From Raillietiella orientalis (Eukaryota): a stretch of DNA of 64,000 nucleotides. The stretch spans positions 1,488,001 to 1,552,000 of the forward strand of contig JAYWIR010000031.1 in assembly GCA_036172245.1 (NCBI GenBank). Reading direction: 5' to 3'. The notes under the pieces were generated by a model, which was given only the letters and a program-made list of their open reading frames with translations, was not told where the DNA came from and made no database searches. The position numbers and the translations under genes were made by a program. Within the stretch, counting starts at the first letter, position 1; the number at the start of each line of letters is the position of its first letter. Of this stretch, positions 37,401 through 49,430 are shown one piece after another.

Positions 37401-38986
37401 GGACTTCAATTTTTTCTTTTCTTCCCCAATTTTCCATCTTTCGAATTTGAGGCAAGTCCGTGATGTTCGTGAAGGGGACACTCTGAAAACAGCAAACTGA
37501 AGTGTAGCATGGAGTGCTTTTCGGATCCGACTCCTGCATCCGATGATATTTAATGACGGCAGGAGTGACGGAACCTACAACATTCTATGACCTATTCCAG
37601 ACATGCAATTTTTTCAGGCTTCTCCCTTCTTCCTGCATTGGAGTTTTCCCAGCGCCTTTTTCTTCTCAACTCACGATTAAATCTGTGTCTCGTTCCGAGA
37701 TGTCGGCAAAATCGCCAGTCGGAACGGAGCAGCATTTTTATCTCAGCACAGTCTTTGCTTTTGGCGAATGGCGTCAGGATTTTGCAATCCGTTTTTCGTA
37801 GTCTTTCTGCGTTCGTCGTCACCTCGAGCCAGTCTGTACTGGCCGGGATGTGACGTCGTGTTTTTTTTGCAAATCCTCCTTCGGAGATTGCCATCATCCT
37901 GATGTCTTCATTTGAACGCGCGTGCACATCTTTTTTCTTGCTTTTGCTGCGTTCAGCCGAATGCTTGAAGCGCGTGAGTGCAGTTGCATCTCCCAGCTGA
38001 GAGCATAAACGTTTTCCCTGTCAAGTAATGACAACACTTCCCCTCTCCTTTCCTTTATTCCTCCCGAAAGGTTGGCTCCAGCAATCGGTTAGTTCCTTTC
38101 AGTTTTCTCTCTTAAGCTTTTGGCTAATAGCTTTCGATGCGCTGTACGTCTTCCAGGAGGCTGCAAAATCTCGTTAATTTCCGATACCATCCGTTCCGTT
38201 CGGTGAGAAGTCTGAGTAACGCCACCAAGTCGGGCTGGAAGGGTCATTTCATGGACAGGAGGGGGAACAAGTGTTAATTTGGTTGGATTTGTTTCGCCGT
38301 TCGACCTGAGTGAAGTCTAACGGCGCATCCGAGGGGGAAACGTGAAGACTTCCAAATTCGACGAATGGGTGCTTCCCAAACACTGCAACTTCACCGGAAG
38401 GCGGGATGGTGCGTCTGTGCTCGTACCTGCTTACAGCCAGGTCCCGAAATTTGCTTTCCGCCCGCTCACTAAGTCAAGTGCGAGGGTTTTTCATGAAAGA
38501 GTGTTTCTTTCGTTTCATCCCTCTCCGTTTCCATGCCTACCGAACTCATACATCACAGCTAACGCTGTTCATCCCCGCACTACCACTGATCAGCATCATT
38601 CTCTGTTCCTCAAGCTTTTGTTGGTTTTTTTGATGCTCTGTTTGCTCTCTTTATTTTTAGTACTCTAAAAGAAATCGAAGACCGCCTCATCGGAAAGTGT
38701 TTTTATGGGAATAAAATTTTGTTCTCGGATTTTCTGGCATCATATCTGTACATGTTTTGCCCTGAATTTCTTGTTGCACGTAGTGTTCCATAAATCTCTT
38801 GTTTCGTGCCTGCAATCTTTCATGCCGTTGGCTTCATTGTGCGTACGAAGGATCGAAATCTGTTTGCCCTATATTTTAAACAAATGCAGCGCCATTCCTT
38901 AAGCACAACGGGTTTCAAGCACCCATTATGCTTTATTATGCCTTATACTTTTACAAATTGTATGGAATTGTTCGTGTTTGGCAAAC

Positions 38987-39304
38987 CTTAGCAACGTTGA
39001 CGCAGTTATTCCTCCCACTGAAAACTCTTTTTGTTCTTTCGATCATCGCTGCATATGTACCCATTACCCCGGGGTTGCTTCGCTGACTTATTTCTTCGAA
39101 GAGCTTCAAAAAAACGTTCACTTGCACATCGGAAGGACACATGCCTGTGCATGCTCCGCATTTTTTGTTTTTGTTTTCAAAAAAAGAAAAGAAATGTTCT
39201 TGTGATTGGACTGTACCAGTATTTATCTCTGCATTTCCGTGGTTCTTCATCTTCAGCATCACAGAGTTCCGATTCTTGCGTGTAAAAGATTCACTTGTTT
39301 TAAG
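38987..39304 (-). CDS. Candidate exon pair (39304-39217, 39120-38987) of an unidentified gene
   Basis: AG acceptors, GT donors and a 96-nt intron. Joined peptide LKTSESFTRKNRNSVMLKMKNHGNAEINTVNVFLKLFEEISQRSNPGVMGTYAAMIERTKRVFSGRNNCVNVAK. No family recognised. Confidence 0.35.
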
Positions 39305-40519
39305 CTGTTGTCTCACATCACTTGCATTTTCGCTTCTTAATGGTTATATCCCTGTATTTCCGAAATGCGTGTGTTTGGAAGGCTGTGCCAGAAGTAGGCT
39401 CCTCCGCAGCCGACCCCTGGTGGCACTCTCTCAGGTTATCACCTCCGAAGTCATTATCCGTGCTCAATTCCTTGTCATATATTTAAATGTCGATTTGATG
39501 TTTTTTTTTGTCTTTGAATGCGTAAGGGCATCATGTTGACTTGGTAATCTCCATTTTTTCATCGATTTCTTTGTTTGTGATTGTGGAGGTTTTGACAGAA
39601 AGAGCACTTTCGGACAGAAGTCTGAGAAAACTTTCCAGTTATCTCCTATTCCTTCAATGGGCACGATCCACGTATAAGTTTGCGAGTTTGCGGAGACAAA
39701 TAAGGTGAATGGGATTGAAGAGGAAACGGTTTCTGAACGAGAATGGAGATCTTCACCACCTTATGAGAATTTCCGTTGTTTCCGCTTTTCACAGAGATGA
39801 CGGGAAATTTCTCTCTGTGGAAACCGATCTGCTCAGCTTCTTCTAATCATAATGAAAACGGCAATCACAGCTGCGGATTTTAAGGGAGATTCCAGTTAGT
39901 TCGTCGTTGATTTTTGGATGTTATGGATTGGTTAGGTTTTCATTGTGTAGCTGAAATGAATAAATAAGGCAGCTTCTGCTATTTTTGAAGTTTCGATACG
40001 AACGCAGTGCACGAAACCCCCGAAGAGCAGCCGAATTTCAACGCAAAAGTTATATAAATTTCAGAAACACTGAAATCGGTGTGTTCCTTCCGTGCCGCGT
40101 CCGCATTATTTTCTGCAGAATGGTTTCCAGGATGACGGAGCTCTCCAGCATCTCGTCCGTATCTCCAAACTGAAGTAGCAGAGGCAGAAAAAAAAATGAC
40201 TCTATCGGAGTTTTGAAGGCGTGTCAAAGTCGTTTCGTGGAGGGTACTGCTCAAGGTGGTCTTCCAAGAGTATCACAAAATGTCTTTGCTGGATCAACGA
40301 TGAGCAAGCATTTTGGTAGTTAGTAGTGATACGTGTCAAACATTTCTTGTCGGTTTCATATGTGTGTCATTCATTCTCACGCTGTACAGCCAGCCCAAGT
40401 GTACTCTCTGTTTGAATGAGTTGTGCTATTGCACTGGATTTCGAAACGCGTAAGGAGTTTACTAGATTTGAATGCATGGGACCTCCACATCTGTAGCAGC
40501 AGTCTGGTCGTTAGCCAGT

Positions 40520-41440
40520 GATTTCAACTTCCTCAGTGAAAGATTGATACGGTGCTAATAGCTTCACGTTTGTAAATGTTCATGCGTTCATGCGGTAAGA
40601 TGGAGAAAAAATGTTCGTTTCACGGAGCAAGAAATTGAACATTGCCAACTTGGATCAAGAAATTTGTTGACGTACCACTTTGAAATTTCTTAACGTAATT
40701 TGTATCGACGATTCTCAAGACTTAACTACCTCGTAAGTTGCGATGAGATACATGGAATTAAAAGAAGTGTTGAACGATCTTGAACCAGAATATTATCCTT
40801 ACTTTCGTGCAGTTCCAGATTGAATGAATCACAATTACGTTGTGATTAAGAACAAGTGGCTTAAAGCGCTTCCGTAAGCTCAAAGATGAGCTAAAACTGT
40901 TTTTGAGCATGAAGGTAGACAAAATGACTATGCGTGTATACTTGGCGTCAGTGAACACCTAAGTGTACTCTGCTTGAATAGAACTCCATTACTTCTAGAA
41001 AACCAAGTCTTTTGATTTGTTCTCTTGATATAGGAGCTTTTTCAAGCATTATGGCAACCAAGACAAACACCAAACAGTAGTACTCCGTGATATACTATTC
41101 TGTTGAATTCCAAATCTTCTATCTCATGACTTTCATATCCCGAGAGAGATTTGAGGCCTTGCTTTGAAAAACACTAAATAGCTCCAAAAAAACCCTCCAG
41201 CATGTTGGCTAGTGAGGTTCCATGCTCACAACAGGCAGTGAATTGACAGCTCCATTGTACTCCAAAATCTAAACTTGCTAACTTAGCTGTCCTGTGATAT
41301 TATAAATAATGTAAAATTGTTAGAAAATTTCCAAATCTAAGGACGCATGCGTTAAAAATGTCACTCCTTGGTACTGTTTACTGTTGTGAAGCGTTTTTGT
41401 GGTCACAAATCACTTCCGTGTTAAATCGACTCTTAGCAGC
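40520..41440 (+). mobile_element. hAT transposase relic (Charlie/Buster type), pseudogenised
   Basis: ELKEVLNDLEPEYYPYFRAV (40755; cf. L.ELE.EY.DL.Y..EVRW), LKRFRKLKDELKLFLSMK (40861), SEHLSVLCL (40950; HLN.LN), and dimerisation-domain-like KFPNLRTHALKMSLLGTVYCCEAFL (41325; FP.L...A....FGSTY.CE..FS). Weak DGA trace at ~40549. No TIRs identified. Confidence 0.8.
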
Positions 41441-42629
41441 CTCTCAAGTCATTTCTAGTGTGAGGGTTAGCAGGAAGTTTCTGAAAGTTTCCCATCCTAT
41501 TCGTAATGAAAAATATTTAAAACGAAATTACATAAGCATCCAAGGATCGGATCTTTTGTTTTCTCACAACCGTTTAGGGGAAAGTAAGTAATTCTAAAAG
41601 TGCACGGAGAGAGAAACAACCAGTGCGGGTGATAAAGTGACTGAGAAAAACGCATTTTCTTCCAGTCAAGTTATGTGGGAATAAATACGCGTGTAGACTT
41701 TTTACGTTTTTTGCTACTCATAACGTTTTGAACACCTATAAGCCGAAGCAGTGTGCTTTAAAGGGAGAATTTTTGGCAAAATAATGCCTGCTTTGTTTTT
41801 CTTCTTCTTTGGAATTGTGATTTGTCGCCCCGCAAATGCATTATCGTGAGTGTTTTTCGATGTGCTTTTCGTCTTCCTATAAAGGCAATGAATGTGCAGA
41901 AGAAAATATCCTGTGAGGAACATTTCATGAGTATACACGAGTTGTTCTAGTTAACGCTTTGCGTCAAACAAAACAAACAAACGTGGTACAACATCAAGCA
42001 AAATATTAATAAGGAAGGTGTAAGGTTCCCACGTGGTTCTTGGAGAACCAACAGCAGTCACTCTCCAGAACCCCAACAACTTGCGAAGGGATAGGTGTTT
42101 TGTGGGTTTTCCAGAGTGCCTGGGGGAATGTTTTCATTTGTGAATATTGGTACATTTTCCAATCACAGTAACGGTGGATAAGACCTTTGCACCCGCAACG
42201 AATTTGTAGGTGCGCTTCAAATTTCACGGCAGTGACACAACAACAACTCCATCCTGCGTTTGATCCTGAGGATTCATCCGGGACTAAGTGCCAGTTGTCG
42301 CAGTCGTCATGTTGACCGTCAAGTTGGTCGGCCGAGTAATGTACTGGCATCACCAAGAGTTCATTTCTTGTACACAACCGGAAGCGTTAGGAGAGTGCGG
42401 TGTTGGCGTATAACCATAAATACAAACTATCTAACCAAATTTGTATGTAATAATCCGTGGAATGGTTTCCCTCATTCTCGTGCTATCGAGAATTTCACAG
42501 CTTATAGGTAACTTCATAGATTTTCTTCGTACACACTTTGTTCTCTACAAGTTATCGTGGGTGCTTCATCCTTTTTATTTCTTCTACTTATTCAGGTTTT
42601 GTGACATTTCCTTTTACTTCTCTTTCATG

Positions 42630-42930
42630 TATCATGAATAAATAAATAATGAATAAATAAGATTTACATACATTATTTATTCCTTATATAATAATATTAA
42701 TTTTATTCCTGATTTTAATTATGCTATTTATAAAAAATCTTGGAAGTAGATTTAAAGTATTTGATTTATACTAAATCCCCAATGTTCTTTACAACAATCA
42801 TTTATTATTAATATATAATATATCATATTTTAATTAAGAATATTAAAATTAATCAATTAGGGGGATGTATTCTTAATAATAATAAAATTATTTAGTTAAT
42901 ACTAAAAATATTTTAAGAATACATTTCACC
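42630..42930. other. Extremely AT-rich island containing a stem-loop
   Basis: Almost pure A/T; atgtattcttaa 42865-42876 pairs with ttaagaatacat 42913-42924, with inner tttagt/actaaa. Confidence 0.7.
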
Positions 42931-43936
42931 AGGTGGCCGAAGTTGCTTAGAATTTAGGTCATAAAAAGCTTTGGGTAGGAAATTAAATGAGTAATTCAAG
43001 CAGTAAAGGGATAAATTAAGGATGTGAGGGATAAATTAAGTAGTCTTTGGATGAAATGCTTGAAAACTGAGAAAACGGAAGCTTACAAACCGGGATCGAT
43101 CAAACGGATCGTCTCAGTAGCACTTCTTAATGATCAGCAAAGGCCTGGAGACCTGGTCACCAGTAACGTTTTCGTACCTGTGGGTCGCCGCTTTGCATCA
43201 TCATCTTTCCTGCCTCACGTACTGAAGCCAAATAGATCGAAACCGGAACCCGTAGGATTAAAGGAGTAGGGGGAAACTGGCGTTTCTTTGTTTCTGTTTC
43301 GAACTGACGGAAAAAAACGAAGTGTCGATCATAACCAACGAGAATCAAAGATGCTGAAGGGAACAAAACATGGCCGCATTTTTGTCTTTGGACAGGGTCT
43401 GCAGTATTTTGGCGAATAGTCAAGTAGTGTGTGGGAACGCCTAAAGATCGTTTCTTGCGATGCCCCCGAGCATTGAGTTTCATTTTAATCGATGGTCTTC
43501 GAGTTGAGTTACGGTAGTTTCTTGTGCCTGCTTCTTTCCTCGGTTTGTCGAAAACAAGGAAAGTAAACATCGCTCACCCACTTTCGCGCTGCCGTGTGTT
43601 GGAATTCAATAGTGAAAACGAGAGGAAGTAAGCACTTTACTAATTAGAGTTCGTTTCTGGTCCATGAAGCGCAATTTCCAAGGATTCCTTTATATCTCCT
43701 GATGTTAACGGAAGAGGCGCAATTGGATGGGTCGGAGGTGGAATTTTTGTAACTCGCATACGAGAGAGCAGACAAAAGCAATCGATAAGTACAAATGTTG
43801 CCGTTTATACAGAAGCACGTAGTGAAATCCTAGTCGTTCATTCTGGATGCATTAGAGTTTATTAGTTCTTACTATGAAGAAGCCCTTGTGTCGTCTTAGC
43901 CTATCCATTCGTCACTGTTCTTCTTTAGATTTGCAG

Positions 43937-44381
43937 TTTCCGGAAGGCGATGGGGACAGCAGCGATACAGGAAGTGCCAACACCGTGATCACTGTAAGGA
44001 CATCCACTGGTTCTGGAGATGATTGGAAAGACGATCGGGAAAGCAAAGGTAAGACTGGATCGATGCTGGTTTTTAAAAGACGGTTGTTTCCGTCATGTCA
44101 CTTTCGAACTCGTGCTTTGGTATGCAGCTTGAAATGGCGTGATTCTCTTGAAATGCATTCCCAACAAAGTAACCGTTTGCCTGTAGTATACGATTTTTCA
44201 ATATGATTTTTAAAATACGCCGGCGTTTTATGTTTCGGTACGTATCGAGAGAAAAAGTGTCGACTTTTTCGAGTTTCTGCTGCTTTGGGTTCGGCTCATC
44301 CCTGTCGGAGTGGCGAGGTCGTAATGCTGCAGATGTACTGAGGAATTCTGCCTCAGCAAAATCAGACCACAAGCCAAAATC
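43937..44381 (+). CDS. Candidate exon pair (43937-44048, 44333-44381) encoding a low-complexity S/D/G-rich peptide
   Basis: tttgcag acceptor, AAG|gtaag donor and phase-1 join: FPEGDGDSSDTGSANTVITVRTSTGSGDDWKDDRESK-DVLRNSASAKSDHKPK. Confidence 0.4.
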
Positions 44382-47300
44382 GTGCGGCAAAAGCACACTT
44401 GGCTACTGGCGCGGTGCTCCCTTATGTCTTTGTGGTGGTGATCATTCGATGACTGAGTGAATGTCATGTGGGAGTGGTGTGGTAGACGGGGACACACCTT
44501 TGAATTCAGTCTGGTCCTTTTCAGGCTCCCATTTATTATTGTTTGTTCGATTGTAGTTTAAGACAGTTTTCTTCGCGAGTACTCACAATCTGATAACTGA
44601 GGAGTGCATGCATGCCAGAATCGTGTGAAGGTTAGCAATAAACGGCATTCTGTTGCAAAGGCAAAGCAAAAAGTAACCGGAGAGCTTAGGTTTGAGGAGA
44701 CTTCTAGAATACATCAGCAGTCATGTCAAATCCTGCTCGGCACTTCTGTAAAGAAGTGGTGGTGTTTACACATGAAATGAGCTCACATCTTTGAGGAAAC
44801 CAGGCAAGTTTATAGGAATGCTAATTAGCAGCAGCTGAAGTCGTGCCTGATGCTAATTATCAAGGAAGAACTCTGAATCCACCTAATTTACCTCTTTTCC
44901 TCGAACAACTTCAGTGAAATGGCGTTTTCCTTATAACCGATTTCTCTTACGGGGAAAATGCGTTTCTACAGGCAGAAAGCCTGTTTTCGAAATTCTTCAC
45001 AATTTCCAACTTCGTGGTCGCGGCAATAAAATCATAGTATCGGAATTGTAACTCAGCCCTGGACGTACTGTAATCGGTGTGGTTTATTTCCCACTTGGTG
45101 TTTTAATAAAACGAAGCACTTGCGCTGGTGCACAGCAGGGAATGTTTGATTAATATTTAAGCTGGATAATGTGATACACCACTTTCCTCTCGAGTTTACG
45201 TTAAGTAGTGTTTGTTTCTGCTACTGGTAGCGCTTCCACAGTGCTTACGTCGCAGATCATTAAATAATGAAACATGATGATTTTGATTCCTCAACACGAG
45301 CAAGACCACACTGATCTTTACATCAATGAATGGGTACATGTATTTGCATAACCTTCGCATTTTTTTTTTTAATCACCGATTCGTTTGTTTGTTTTTTTTC
45401 TTTGTTCAACGTCATTCCCGGAAGAGAAGTTGTAATCGTTTTCCCAATAGGGATTCTTCGCATGCTACCAATCGTATTTCATGTATATTTTTGCCAAAGA
45501 ATGCATTCTGATATTTCTCTGGCACTTCTAGATTTATCAAATGAAGTGGTATCTCAGACCAATGTGATCTGTAACAAAAGCATGGAGTGATGCTGTTGAG
45601 CAAATCCCTCTTTCCTAGAATCTAAGAATATCCGTTACAGCGATGTCACGGATTTTTTTTGGATCAGGTAGCTTGAGAGTCCCTCAACCCATGGATGGCT
45701 GGATGCATCCGTGTTTTAGTTTTAATAATTACCCCTGGGAAGCCGGTTCTAAGTAAGATCTGCTCAAAACACGAAAAGCATTAAAGATGAAGATATGATT
45801 TTAGCAAACGATCCACATGGGGATTCAGTGTCTTTGTAACCAAAGCTAAGGATTGCAGCTTTCAATGCAATATTTCTATATTTCGCTCCATCAAGACCGC
45901 AAAATCTATATTGTAGTTATATAATGTAAAAGTAGTTAGCTGTATAAAAAGAATACCCGCAGAGATCCGTACACGAAAATGCTTTCTTGAAGTGAATAAT
46001 CTCCCAACACAATATTTGGGAAAGAAGAAAGGTTTTCCGCTGTGAAGGTTGGTCAGGGCCAAGTTAACTTTATTGTATTTCTAATTAGTGGTTTGAATGT
46101 AGGAAGAAATGAGATCGGGGGCACACTGCGATGTAGACGAGAGTCAGCTTTCGTAAAATCCGGGACTTTCCGAGCACAAAGTTCCTTTCCTGTTACCTTA
46201 GAGAGCTATGTAAATCCTGGTATTCATCCTGGTATATGCCATTTGCAGTTTCATCTTGTGTTGAATGTCGAATTGAGATTGTTAGCCGTTAGAACGGAAA
46301 TCGAGTCAATGAGGGAAAAATTCCCTGCGTTGCATGCATCAGTAGTTGCATTCTTCTCTTTTGATGGGTGACACGTATATGGCATAGCTGCTTGATGAAC
46401 TCATGAAAATTTCTTTGCGTCTCATTTACATGCAGTGTCCAGGCGAGGAGGATTGACCTCAATGTTAGTTGTAAGGATTGCAAACGACCAACGAATTAAA
46501 CCGTATGTTAATAGACAGTCTCCACGGTGAAGAGAGAACGATATTCAGGTCTGACTCATTCTATTTATTATGATAACTGGAGTGAAGCGGCCGATTGTCC
46601 TTTCGAATGTTGGCTTGCAAGTTCTCTTTTCTGCACACAAATCTTTGCACGATGGGATGTCTCGCACAGCTTCGGTTCAGGGTGATCTTTTGTGTCAGCA
46701 TCCCATCGTCCTGATTGGTTAATTTAATTTCGAGGAAAACTTTTTCAATAAAATAATGAAAAAAAAAAAGATGCCACCAGGCTATGCAAAGGATTGACAA
46801 ATCGAGGTGGAATGAAAAGCTTTTTGTCGAATAATATAAATTTGTCGAAGAAATTTCGATTTGCTTTATTGAAGGCAAAACACATAAGAAAATACGAGGA
46901 ATAATGAGTAGCATGACCAAAAGATTGCAGTGAAGTAAGTGATGGAAATGTTTCTTTGGGAAAACGAGCTTTGCTTTTGTTCAATTGCTTTACACAATTA
47001 CAACTCTCAACGTCAATTAGCCGGTCAAAGGCCGGCCGGAGGAAAGCAAATTTGAAAACCCAGTGCTGACCAACTCTGCATGTGTATTCTATATCGAAAT
47101 AAAAGCTTGCATTCAGTCGAAAACATGTTCACGCGCACTTTTCACGAGCTAAATCAAGTTTTGCAGATATCTTACTAGTGAAATTACTTCTTCTCTGCCT
47201 CTCTTCCTTTTCGTTTCTTCTGCTTGATAGTAATCAAAAACCGTTTCCCTGAAACGTGAAATACGTGCATGTCGTCATCTCGACGGAAATTACCGTCGTC

Positions 47301-48339
47301 TCCGCAAAAGTAAATAAGGTTATACATAAATAAATATCCTTTCCTATCCGTGTCTTTTCTCATCGGTTTCTTCCGTGAAAAGTCTGCACGAAATCATAAC
47401 TTTCCCAATCTCTGGGTTCAGATCATAATGGAAATTTTTAAAGAATGATAAGTCGGTCAAAAAATAGCTAGTAATTAATAATTTGTGCGTAACGATCGGT
47501 AGTTTTCATAGAAATGCATAATTGGCAGTGAAATAATTTTCTACTGAAGGAAACCCTTTGTAATCTAATCGAGCATATATGAAATCTAATAATTTAGTCT
47601 AAATCTAATCTAATCTAATAATTTAACGAAGTTTCCCTCAGTTTGTCTCCTAGAGAGTTTGTTTCAAGGTGATTCTGTACAAAGTAGTGACTTTGTAGAT
47701 AGATCGTGATTCATGCGTCCACATCTGTGCACAACAGGAAAATTATGCAAAGATGAGTCCTTAATTCATTGTTTGCTGCAGTGTATATGTTTGAAACTTA
47801 GAGGATAAATTTTTCGTGGTTTTTCTCTTAGTGGTTTCCGTCTCGATCAAAGCTAAAGTTTTCACCATGGTTCCAGTTTTGCTTTTAATCTCCAACATAT
47901 CCCATCCGTGTGTGTTTGTTCGTGAGTCATCCTTTGTGCCACATGACCTTGCGTTGTTTCCAATATACTTGATAACACTGATGTTCATTAAAACGTGCAT
48001 TCTTTTGCTGGAACAACGGCATATACAACGAAAAGAAATGCTAATGGCGGCATCCCCAATTTACCCGATTATTTAGTGCACCAGGACTAAACAGTAGACT
48101 GATTTTTGTGTGCTCAGGGCACACAAAAATCATCTACAATCATCAACAAATCATCACAAAAATCATATGCATTCATCAAAGCTGCTGTGTTGCTTTTCGA
48201 AATTTCTGGTTTTTCAGTTGTACCAACAGCTGAAGCACTTAACTCGAAACTGAAAAGTTCCCACAGCTTTTGTGCAGTCCGTGGTACAACCGGAGGCTTG
48301 TCCTCTGATTTTCATTCCTGAAAATGGTCAAAAGTCCGG

Positions 48340-49430
48340 GGACAAAAGTCTGGACTCTAGTGATGATGTGTCACGACCTCCTAATCATTTATTTGGTCAG
48401 AAAAGCGGTGCATGGTCACACAGAGACTCGTGCTGTCTCTTAAGTCATAGTAACTATGCTCTACCATTAGAAACAAACAAAGATAGCTAAGAATAATGGG
48501 ACTCTCCTTTTAACTCTTATCGAGAGGCTTCGCTTCCGACCTTGGAGACCAGTGACCGTACTTCAGTGGGCTTTCATCACGTCCCAGTCCATCCAGGAAG
48601 AATTGGTGCGAAGGAACAATACTACAGAAGTCGCTTTGTGTACATTATGGAGCTTATGAGTTACTGTGAATGCGGGGTTGAGGATTGCGCGTCGTAATTA
48701 CGACGCCATCTACTACGAACGCCCACGAAAACAAACAGACCATCAGCAGTTTTTGTGGAAATGGCTTTCTCAGAATAGTTGATTGCGGTCTCAGTTGTTT
48801 GCAGGTGAAACGTTAGCCACTACTTTATGACCAGGTCGTCAAAAGAGCAGACGGCACCTAAATTTTTGTGAAAGAGTTTTCAGTAAATCGAAAACTCAAA
48901 TCGAGGCGAAGAAACAGTTGTCGGCTGGTTGTCAGTTTTTGATGTTCCTTCTTCACCATGGTGATTGCTCCATTTCTCCGTACTCTGCTCGTTTTCAGCG
49001 AGGTTTGCAGTTCGAGTTTTAGATGTAGAGAATCGTACCTAGAGAGTCGAAACCTCTTGATAGGTACTTATCAGTTCGTTACCAATGCTTGTCGCGCGAT
49101 TTTTCTGCGATGGATGGTTTGTGGTTTTATCGTTGCCTACAGTGAGATGGTTCCGTGTTTGTGGCACAGTTTCCCGTTTCAAGCGGAGTTGATATTTGCC
49201 GTTGCGGGGATATGAGAGTTGATAATTAAAACTGCGTAAGCTGTGAAAATAGAAGGAGCGTTTTCACAGGGAAACTGCTTTGCATTTTCCTGATCCGAGG
49301 CGCATCGGAAGAAGGAGCGAACCCGGTCCTGGAATCCCTTTTTGCGACGGTTGTCAGGACGAAGCAATTAACGTTCAACTAACTGGAGTGGCCACTACCA
49401 CCAGACACGGTATTTTCCGTTTTCTTCGGC
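48340..49430 (+). mobile_element. Decayed NeSL/Utopia-like RT-CCHC relic
   Basis: MGLSF/NSYREASL (~48496, one frameshift; cf. GL.FN..KCASL), AYELL (Y.YLG), then CDGCQDEAINVQLTGVATTTRHGI (49343-49415; C..C..ET..H....RH). Confidence 0.4.

Noticed and set aside
45700..46830. RT motifs PDFTKAD (minus) and KRPIVLSNV...KAF (plus)
   Set aside because: Isolated and on opposite strands; too little ordered support to call.
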